Shown piece after piece: positions 1 through 6,466 of a stretch of DNA of 24,000 nucleotides (the first letter of the stretch is position 1; each line of letters begins with the position of its first letter). The notes below the pieces were generated by a model. It saw only the letters and a list, made by a program, of their open reading frames with translations. It did no database searches and was not told where the DNA came from. The stretch is from Candidatus Deferrimicrobium sp. (GTDB taxonomy: Archaea; Asgardarchaeota; Lokiarchaeia; Helarchaeales; HEL-GB-A), in NCBI GenBank assembly GCA_035531115.1, contig DATKTP010000243.1:23433-47432 (forward strand), read 5' to 3'. Both the position numbers and the translations under genes were made by a program.

Positions 1-215
1 ACAATAAAATGGTTCGAATCAGGTTACGAAATAATTTAAGCGTGAATTGTAAAGTAGGGAACGAAAAGATGCTTCCTGCTCAAATAGCAGAAAATATCCA
101 ATCAGTTACCCACTTTCTTGAAGATAATTTGGAACATGGATTGCGTAATATTGCGGGATTGTATATCAAGACCACAATGGGACCATCCATAAAAATAGGA
201 GTTAAAGGCGGTTAA
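1..215 (+). CDS. rpl1: 50S ribosomal protein uL1, C-terminal fragment (5' end lies outside the window)
   Basis: The reading frame is open to the left window edge (in frame from nt 3). The C-terminal peptide ...NIAGLYIKTTMGPSIKIGVKGG resembles the uL1 C-terminus. It lies directly upstream of uL10/P0 and P1, the conserved archaeal L1-L10-L12 order. Confidence 0.75.
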   Translation, partial: NKMVRIRLRNNLSVNCKVGNEKMLPAQIAENIQSVTHFLEDNLEHGLRNIAGLYIKTTMGPSIKIGVKGG

Positions 216-216
216 A

Positions 217-1221
217 TTGTCCACTACAGCCAGACATAAGCATACAATACCTCAAGGGAAACTTGAAGAAGTTGAACAGCTCAAAGACTTAATCAATAAA
301 CATAACGTGATTTGTCTCGCGAGAATGGATAAACTAGGAGCTCGCCAATTACAGTTTATTCGAAAAAAGTTAGCGGGAACCATTTTTATTCGAATGAGTA
401 AAAATAGATTATTTAACATTGCGGCATTACAGAGTGATAAAAAGAATATTAAGTCCTTTATTGAACAGATTGATGGATCAACATCGTATATTTTTACGGA
501 TCTGAATCCTTTTAAATTAAAACTATTTTTAGATAAAAATAAGGTTAATGCACCCGCAAAAGTCGGAGATATAGCACCTAAAGACATAATTGTACGTGAG
601 GGAAATACTGGCTTTCCACCGGGTCCAATGATAAGCGAATTCAAAGAAGTAGGTATAGATTCGATGGTTAAAGGCGGGTCGATTTATATAAAAAATGATG
701 TGTTAGTAGCGAAAAAAGGTGAAGAAATAGGGCGAATGCTTGCCTTAGTTTTATCACGATTGAATTTAAATCCAATGGAAATAGGACTTAATCTTTATTC
801 AGCTTTCGATGAAGGGATTATACTAACAGATGCAGATTTGAATATCAGCGTAGAATCGACATTAGCCCAATTAAAGACCGCAATTTCAAATGCGATAAAT
901 TTATCTATAGAAGTAGCTTATCCAACCAAAGAAAATATTGCCTTTATTATCCGAAAGGCAGTTTTATCTGCAAAGAGTTTAGTATTAACAGCTGGAATTA
1001 TTTCCAAGGATACGATTAGAGATCTTTTATCTAAAGGATATATTACAGCCCTATCATTATCAAGTAGGATTATTGAAGTGGATCCGAATGCTCTACCTTC
1101 GGATCTGAAAGAAAAATTAAAAAGAAAAGGTGTATCTGAAAAGAAACCCGAAAAACCTGAGAAAAAAGAGGATAAGAAAGAAGAGAAAAAAGACCTGGGT
1201 TTTGGGTCATTATTTGGTTGA
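217..1221 (+). CDS. rplP0: 50S ribosomal protein uL10 (acidic stalk protein P0)
   Basis: 334 aa with a TTG start 1 nt after the uL1 stop. The length fits archaeal P0. It has a Lys/Glu-rich C-terminal tail ending ...EEKKDLGFGSLFG, the conserved stalk peptide also present on the downstream P1. Confidence 0.9.
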   Translation: MSTTARHKHTIPQGKLEEVEQLKDLINKHNVICLARMDKLGARQLQFIRKKLAGTIFIRMSKNRLFNIAALQSDKKNIKSFIEQIDGSTSYIFTDLNPFKLKLFLDKNKVNAPAKVGDIAPKDIIVREGNTGFPPGPMISEFKEVGIDSMVKGGSIYIKNDVLVAKKGEEIGRMLALVLSRLNLNPMEIGLNLYSAFDEGIILTDADLNISVESTLAQLKTAISNAINLSIEVAYPTKENIAFIIRKAVLSAKSLVLTAGIISKDTIRDLLSKGYITALSLSSRIIEVDPNALPSDLKEKLKRKGVSEKKPEKPEKKEDKKEEKKDLGFGSLFG

Positions 1222-1244
1222 TAAAATTATTGGAGGTACCAAAA

Positions 1245-1541
1245 ATGGAATATGTATACGCATCTCTTTTGTTACATACAGCTGGAAAAGAAATAAACGA
1301 AGCAAATATTGGTTCAATTTTAAAGTCGGTCGGAATTAGTATAAATCAAGCACAAGCAAAATCAATTGTTGCTGCACTTGAAAATGTTAATATAGAAGAG
1401 GCAATGAAGTCGGCTGCTATTCCAGCTGCTGCACCAGCTGCATATGTTTCAGGAGAGCCCAAGAAAGAAGAGGCGAAAAAGGAAGATAAAGAAGAAAAGA
1501 AGGAAGAAGAAGTAGCAGGATTAGGAGCACTATTTGGCTAA
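1245..1541 (+). CDS. rpl12: 50S ribosomal stalk protein P1 (archaeal L12)
   Basis: MEYVYASLLLHTAGKEINEANI... is the typical archaeal P1 N-terminus. It has an Ala/Pro hinge and an acidic tail ending EEEVAGLGALFG. I prefer the ATG at 1245 over the track start at 1218 because a TGGAGGT Shine-Dalgarno sits at 1231-1237. Confidence 0.9.
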   Translation: MEYVYASLLLHTAGKEINEANIGSILKSVGISINQAQAKSIVAALENVNIEEAMKSAAIPAAAPAAYVSGEPKKEEAKKEDKEEKKEEEVAGLGALFG

Positions 1542-1560
1542 TCCCCCATTTTCTTATTTT
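1542..1560 (+). terminator. Oligo-T-rich tract after the ribosomal stalk operon (candidate archaeal terminator)
   Basis: tcccccattttcttatttt lies immediately after the P1 stop. Archaeal RNA polymerase terminates at oligo-T runs. The next gene is about 300 nt away. Confidence 0.3.
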
Positions 1561-1755
1561 AATTCAAGAAAATAATGATTATCCATATTTTCAGAATTTT
1601 ATTCTTCCTAAATTTAAAATTTTTATAAAATTCTGCTTTTTTTAATTTTAATTACGCCCTAAAAGGCATTAAAAAGCTCAGTTAAACTTTTAATTTGGTT
1701 TAAAAAAATTATAAGAAGACTAAGATACATTGTGAAAAATTTTTCAAAGATAAAA

Positions 1756-1850
1756 CACATCAGAGATGTGATTTTGAGAGAAAGGAAGAAAGACTAGGAA
1801 AGAAGGAAACAACCAATAGGACAGAAAGAAAGAAAGAGATGTGATTTTTC
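1756..1850 (+). promoter_or_regulatory. 5' leader or control region of the 591-aa gene: hairpin, 14-nt direct repeat and polypurine tract
   Basis: CACATC-aga-GATGTG is a perfect 6-bp inverted repeat at 1756-1770. AGAGATGTGATTTT occurs at 1762-1775 and again at 1835-1848. The repeats flank a tract of about 60 nt (1776-1834) that is almost entirely purine (gagagaaaggaagaaagactaggaaagaaggaaac...). Confidence 0.35.
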
Positions 1851-3626
1851 ATGCCAAACGGAATAATTATGGTACGATGGGACGACAAACTTGGAGTTGT
1901 TATTGAGGGTATTTATCCAAAAACTCTGAAAATCTCCGAGGACCATGTTATGCGTATTTTCACAACGCATGCAATGGGGGGTGGTGAGTCTGGCTTTTTA
2001 TCGATGAGTATAGAGAATTTAAACATCGCCTCATACTATACCGGCCTCCCAGAGGAAGGGAAAAGTCAATATTATGTGGCATTAATGTTAAGGGATGATG
2101 AGAATTCTGATATTTTTGAAGAACCGCTTATTGAAACTTCACCTTTACTAATTTTACATGTTAAGGACAAGAACTTCGATCAATTTTTTAAAAAACAATT
2201 TGAAGATATCATAAAATTAACTGAAATGACGGAAGAACAAAGATATGCAATGATTCATCGTGATCGAAGAAGAATACTTATCTTACTGAAATTAGGGTTG
2301 GGCGCCATTCCTAAGGACAATTTAAGGAAGTGGGTATCAGATCAGATAGGGGAAGAGGTTTTAGATATCGATGCAATTTTATCCCCTCTTACTAAGACTG
2401 AAATGATTAAGGAACTCTCTGTTGAAACAATGGATGGCTCCAGAAAAAAATGTATTTTTTTAATCAAAGACGTCTTTTCAATGCGGAGTCCCGTTGAGAA
2501 ATTTTATAAAATGGCAAAAGATGGAAAAGCACCTTCAGATATGAAACAAGTGTTGGAGATTTATAAAGAAAATGTGGATCAATTTTTTAAAGATTATAAA
2601 TTTGGAGATGCAGATTCCAAGCAAATTGCTGAAATTGCTTCAGATCCAAGTCAATATAATTTAATAACAATACTACGAAACAATTATATCGAAGTTAATC
2701 AATTGCCAGACATATTTGAGAAAAGTATCGAGCAAATAAACGAATATATCAATGATTTAAAACGTTATAATATTATTGATGAAATTAAGGATAAAAGAGG
2801 CAATACTTGGATATTCTTAAGAACTGATATTATATTTCCAACTTTCTTTCCTGAATATATTGTAGATTCAATTCGACGAAGATGGATGGAAAAGGATATC
2901 ACACAGAATTTGGCATTGAGCCATTTAGAATTATTAAAATCAGTATATCGTGGGGAAGAAGAAGAATTTATTGAAGGATTTGAAGGACCAAGGGTTCAAG
3001 TTGAAGAAGAAATCTCTTTATCTAAGGCACCAACAAAACTCCCAAAGGTTAGTGCACCAGGTGCGCCAGTTGTAGCAGCGCCTACCAAAACCTTATCAGA
3101 CGAAGAAATATTTCAATTTGTAGAACAAGTCTCCTATTTAAGAAAAGAGGCTAAAATGGACCTAGATAATAAAGATAGGGAATCCGCATATAACAAATTA
3201 CAAGAAGCTATTAGTATTACAAATACTTTGATAGCGGCTGGTGCCGTAGGACAAGAAAAAAGATTAGAGAAATTAATACAAGTTGCAGACAGTGTGAAGA
3301 AACTATTGGAGAAAGAAACAGGGAAAAAGTTCAAAGAAACGCCTATTACCCCTACGCCAGCAACTCCTAGGTTTCCAACGATGCCAAGTATGAGTGAACC
3401 TGTAGCAACTCTTTCATCGGTTGATCAGCAGAAGTTTTTACGTGAAGATCGTGATAATGCAATTGCTAGTGCAGATTCAGCGCTTACAGGAGGGGAATTT
3501 AATGATGCTGTACGGTACCTTGAAAAAGCCGCAGAATTATCAGAAAAAATGGGAGAAGCGGATAAGGCAAGAGATATCACGAAGATGGCTAATGATATTA
3601 AAAAGAAATTGGAAAAGTTACAATAA
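1851..3626 (+). CDS. Uncharacterised multidomain protein: N-terminal longin/roadblock-like alpha-beta module, two winged-helix-like modules, Pro-rich linkers, two C-terminal MIT/TPR-like helical modules
   Basis: A long uninterrupted 591-aa ORF with an ATG start. Domain calls come from residue-pattern reading only: the beta-beta-alpha-beta-beta-beta pattern in aa 5-110, RRRILILLKLG...IFLIKDV and YNLITILRNN...GNTWIFLRTD winged-helix-like segments, and C-terminal helices resembling the Vps4 MIT domain. Confidence 0.7.
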   Translation: MPNGIIMVRWDDKLGVVIEGIYPKTLKISEDHVMRIFTTHAMGGGESGFLSMSIENLNIASYYTGLPEEGKSQYYVALMLRDDENSDIFEEPLIETSPLLILHVKDKNFDQFFKKQFEDIIKLTEMTEEQRYAMIHRDRRRILILLKLGLGAIPKDNLRKWVSDQIGEEVLDIDAILSPLTKTEMIKELSVETMDGSRKKCIFLIKDVFSMRSPVEKFYKMAKDGKAPSDMKQVLEIYKENVDQFFKDYKFGDADSKQIAEIASDPSQYNLITILRNNYIEVNQLPDIFEKSIEQINEYINDLKRYNIIDEIKDKRGNTWIFLRTDIIFPTFFPEYIVDSIRRRWMEKDITQNLALSHLELLKSVYRGEEEEFIEGFEGPRVQVEEEISLSKAPTKLPKVSAPGAPVVAAPTKTLSDEEIFQFVEQVSYLRKEAKMDLDNKDRESAYNKLQEAISITNTLIAAGAVGQEKRLEKLIQVADSVKKLLEKETGKKFKETPITPTPATPRFPTMPSMSEPVATLSSVDQQKFLREDRDNAIASADSALTGGEFNDAVRYLEKAAELSEKMGEADKARDITKMANDIKKKLEKLQ

Positions 3627-3698
3627 TACTTATTTTTCTATCTTACTTTTTGATAAGTTTTTTATTTTTTGCTTTTTAAAAAATATTAGTACTATTTA

Positions 3699-4229
3699 AT
3701 GAGACAGAATTTTATGCCGCATGAAAATACGCCAGATAGTAAATTAACTTCATTCGAAAAGGGGATTAAAAAGCGACTTAGTAAAGAAAGGCAGTTAATT
3801 GAATGGATAATCGGTGAATATATAATAGGTGTAAATTCAAAATGGCACAGTGATAATTTTCCAAGTACTCAACTTACCAAAGTTGTACTTAACATTACTG
3901 GAAGAAGCCGTAGAGATTTTTCTTCGACACACCGTTTAATACGTGAGATTTTAAAAGAATGGGAGGATAATGGAGTTTGTGAATATATAACAACCACTAA
4001 ATATGCGCATTGTAGAAAGACAAAGATGATTTATCATTTTCCAATGAATGGCTTAAAGAAAATAAAAGAAATGATTATTGATCACCATATTGAATTCATT
4101 AAAAATTGGAATCAATGGGAACGCTATGTAAATAATGAAGATGTTATGAAAACGCGCGAAAATATCATTAAGTTACTTCTCTTTGAGTATAATAATAAAA
4201 TTCGTTTAAGAATTTTGAGTTATTCCTGA
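3699..4229 (+). CDS. Hypothetical protein (possible winged-helix fold)
   Basis: 176-aa ORF with no competing ORF. The segment STQLTKVVLNITGRSRRDFSSTHRLIREILKEWEDNGVCEYI looks like a helix-turn-helix plus wing. No family was recognised. Confidence 0.5.
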   Translation: MRQNFMPHENTPDSKLTSFEKGIKKRLSKERQLIEWIIGEYIIGVNSKWHSDNFPSTQLTKVVLNITGRSRRDFSSTHRLIREILKEWEDNGVCEYITTTKYAHCRKTKMIYHFPMNGLKKIKEMIIDHHIEFIKNWNQWERYVNNEDVMKTRENIIKLLLFEYNNKIRLRILSYS

Positions 4230-4338
4230 TTTTTATACTGTTTTTTATCTGAAATTTTTGAATAATATCGCGATAATACCGAGTTTTAATTGATTTTCGG
4301 GGTATTTCTTAATAAAAAACAGTGTGAAGTGAGGTTAA

Positions 4339-4482
4339 TTGAGATTAGTAACGGTACATCTTCCGCAAAGTTATATTGAAGGATTAGAAGAGCTGGTTAA
4401 AGATAGTGTTTATCCGAATCGAAGTGAGGCAATTCGTGTCGCTGTGCGAGATATGTTGAAAGCAGAGCTGTGGAAAAAATAA
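4339..4482 (+). CDS. Ribbon-helix-helix (CopG/Arc/MetJ-type) small DNA-binding protein, 47 aa, absent from the ORF track
   Basis: My own translation gives (M)RLVTVHLPQSYIEGLEELVKDSVYPNRSEAIRVAVRDMLKAELWKK*. It shows the classic RHH pattern: an N-terminal beta-strand VTVHLP, then two helices with YPNRSEAIRVAVRDML. It has a TTG start with GTGAGGT just upstream (4329-4335). Confidence 0.65.
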   Translation: MRLVTVHLPQSYIEGLEELVKDSVYPNRSEAIRVAVRDMLKAELWKK

Positions 4483-4544
4483 AATAATATTCTCTCCTTT
4501 TTAATAGAGGATAATAATTTTTCTTCTATTGAAGAGGTTGATCG

Positions 4545-5099
4545 ATGAATCATAAAAAATTTATTAAAGACCGGTATGATAAGACAGCAGAATTCTATGA
4601 TCGCCGTTATAGAGAAATACAGGAACTAAAATATAAAATAATTTTAGAAAAAATTTCAATTAAACACAATCAAATCATTTTAGATATTGGATCAGGGACT
4701 GGAAATTCCTTTTTATATTTAGATAAATACAATTCTTTTAAATATGGAGTTGATTTTTCAATTGAATCCTTAAAAACTTATCAAAGGAAACCCAGTAGAG
4801 AAAATTCAGCTCAGCTTATCTGTGCAGATATCGAATTTCTTCCATTCAAAAAAGATATTTTTGAAATAATTTTTGTAGTTACAGTACTTCAGAACTTACC
4901 AGATCCAAGAAATAGTCTAAAAGAAATAAAACAGATTTGTCAACACGGAGGTTTAATAGTCTTATCGTTGCTAAAGAAGAAATTCGGGATGGAACGAATT
5001 AAACAAATCTTAGATGAAGTAGATTTACTACCTCTAGATATAATTGATGATGAAAAGTGTGAAGATATTATAATTTTTATCGAAAATAGAAAGAGTTAG
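4545..5099 (+). CDS. Class I SAM-dependent methyltransferase
   Basis: Motif I is ILDIGSGTGN. Downstream it has an acidic-loop residue (GVDFS), and the motifs ADIEFLPF and GGLIVLS are typical of the Methyltransf_11-type Rossmann fold. Confidence 0.8.
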   Translation: MNHKKFIKDRYDKTAEFYDRRYREIQELKYKIILEKISIKHNQIILDIGSGTGNSFLYLDKYNSFKYGVDFSIESLKTYQRKPSRENSAQLICADIEFLPFKKDIFEIIFVVTVLQNLPDPRNSLKEIKQICQHGGLIVLSLLKKKFGMERIKQILDEVDLLPLDIIDDEKCEDIIIFIENRKS

Positions 5100-5103
5100 A
5101 AAA

Positions 5104-6324
5104 TTACTTTTTAGATTTTGTTAAAAACTTCCGATAACTATTATTATATAGGACTTCAGCTTCTGAATCGTTTAATTTATTCGATAGTTTCGCTGCCCTT
5201 TTATATAATTGAGCGGCTGCAAGATACATACCTTCAGCAGCACGACTTCGTGCTTCCTTAAGAACCATGGCACGTTCGTCTTCGAGATTTTGTTTTTCAA
5301 TTTCGTATGAAGGAGTTTTTGGTATTGCATAACGGGTATAATAGATAAGAACAATTATTCCGATTATTGCAATTAAACTTATTATAAGAATGAAAATAAT
5401 GGATAAATTTGGAATTTCGATAGTTAATGTCCAGTGAATTAGATTTAGCCAGAGACGTAAATTATCAACACTATCAATCCAGTGGACGCCCGTATAATCA
5501 TAACTCCCTGTATCTGTAACATTCAGATCACTAAACATGACAGTTGAACCGCACAACACAATTCGAGCTGAACCTTGTTGAATAGCAAATAACCAGGGAG
5601 TTGAATAAATTATTGATTCATTATATTCTAAATAAGAATTGGAATATCCCGTTGAAATTATACCGCTTTCCTGTGTGACATTTAATCCAGAGGTAAATGT
5701 CAAAATATTTTTTAGTTTATACTTAATTGGATGGAATAATTTAAAATTGGTTTTCGCAATTTCAACTACCTCGCGCTTTCCAATGGGAGTATGGTCAGTT
5801 CCATTATGGTGTAAATCATACTGAGTGAATAATGCAGGAATACTCAGTGCTTGAGTAATATTGTTTAAATAATCAGCATGACCTGTTATATTTTCATCAG
5901 GTACGGGGACACTCACATCATTATAGTTACAAAGAAGGATCAAATTTCCCCCAAGTTCTGTATAATTTTTAAGTAAATCTATTTCAGTTATCGAAAAATT
6001 GCCGTCAGGTCCAGGATTCCCGATAATAATAAGGTCGTAATACAACATTTTTGTTAAATTTTCAAATTCCGCCTTATTTAAATAGACTTTACAATCATTC
6101 GTTTGATTAAGGTACGATAATGCGGTTTTAAAACGAGTATTTGAGTAGGTATAATATTGATCATGTGCCTCATCAAAAAGAATTGAAAAAGGACTTGAAG
6201 AAGAAGTGGCTTTCACATTTGCTAAAAAGAACTGGGTACAAAATAAAGTTATCAAAGTAATGACCATAAGGCTTAAAGCCGCTTTTTTGTAATACGAATT
6301 TAGTTTCAAGATCCAGAACCTCAA
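5104..6324 (-). CDS. Type-I membrane protein with an extracytoplasmic DUF4350-like (GATase1-like) domain, many N-glycosylation sequons and a helical cytosolic tail
   Basis: It has an N-terminal hydrophobic signal or anchor (AALSLMVITLITLFCTQFFLANVKA). ILFDEAHDQ...DLIIIGNPG...GGNLILLCN...ARIVLCGSTVMFSD...DNLRLWLNLIHW matches the DUF4350 pattern. A C-terminal TM (LSIIFILIISLIAIIGIIVLIYY) is followed by a tail of about 75 aa. The TTG start is uncertain. Confidence 0.7.
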   Translation of the reverse strand: MRFWILKLNSYYKKAALSLMVITLITLFCTQFFLANVKATSSSSPFSILFDEAHDQYYTYSNTRFKTALSYLNQTNDCKVYLNKAEFENLTKMLYYDLIIIGNPGPDGNFSITEIDLLKNYTELGGNLILLCNYNDVSVPVPDENITGHADYLNNITQALSIPALFTQYDLHHNGTDHTPIGKREVVEIAKTNFKLFHPIKYKLKNILTFTSGLNVTQESGIISTGYSNSYLEYNESIIYSTPWLFAIQQGSARIVLCGSTVMFSDLNVTDTGSYDYTGVHWIDSVDNLRLWLNLIHWTLTIEIPNLSIIFILIISLIAIIGIIVLIYYTRYAIPKTPSYEIEKQNLEDERAMVLKEARSRAAEGMYLAAAQLYKRAAKLSNKLNDSEAEVLYNNSYRKFLTKSKK

Positions 6325-6430
6325 GTGGAAATAATACGGGGGTATTATATTTATTATTTGATTTTTAACCGATTTATTTCAATTAATTATTAATGTTGTT
6401 GAATTGAAATGATTATAAGTAGATTTTGGA

Positions 6431-6440
6431 TTTTTATAGG
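6431..6440 (+). promoter_or_regulatory. Candidate TATA box for the DP2 gene
   Basis: TTTTTATAGG lies about 30 nt upstream of the ATG at 6467. This is compatible with a leaderless or very short-leader archaeal transcript. Confidence 0.3.
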
Positions 6441-6466
6441 AAAGTAAAAATAAATACGTGAAATGA

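Noticed and set aside
252-644. 130-aa antisense ORF inside the uL10/P0 gene. The same pattern applies to the other nested or antisense track ORFs: 1130-1339, 3134-3334, 3421-3699, 5172-5354, 5639-5824, 6490-6882, 7128-7385, 7333-7611, 8255-8449, 9287-9472, 10060-10461, 10689-10952, 11157-11387, 15116-15361, 15380-15562, 15937-16209, 16203-16394, 16261-16617, 18683-18979, 20553-20798, 20820-21008, 22264-22497, 22783-23010 and 23355-23597.
   Set aside because: All of them lie largely within, or overlap, longer ORFs with clear homology-style signatures. Their translations are low-complexity or Ser/Leu/Ile/Phe-rich, with no recognisable motifs. Shadow ORFs of this kind are expected opposite or alongside real genes.
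3699-4229. The 176-aa protein as a candidate ESCRT-II subunit Vps25 (similar length, possible winged helix)
   Set aside because: It has no N-terminal PPxY-like/Vps25 signature, only one plausible winged-helix unit, and it lies 7 kb from the ESCRT cluster. The evidence is insufficient, so it stays hypothetical.
4274-4304. Imperfect inverted repeat ATACCGA...TCGGGGTAT upstream of the RHH gene
   Set aside because: The stem is interrupted by two unpaired G and has only 5+3 bp. In AT-rich intergenic DNA this is within chance expectation.
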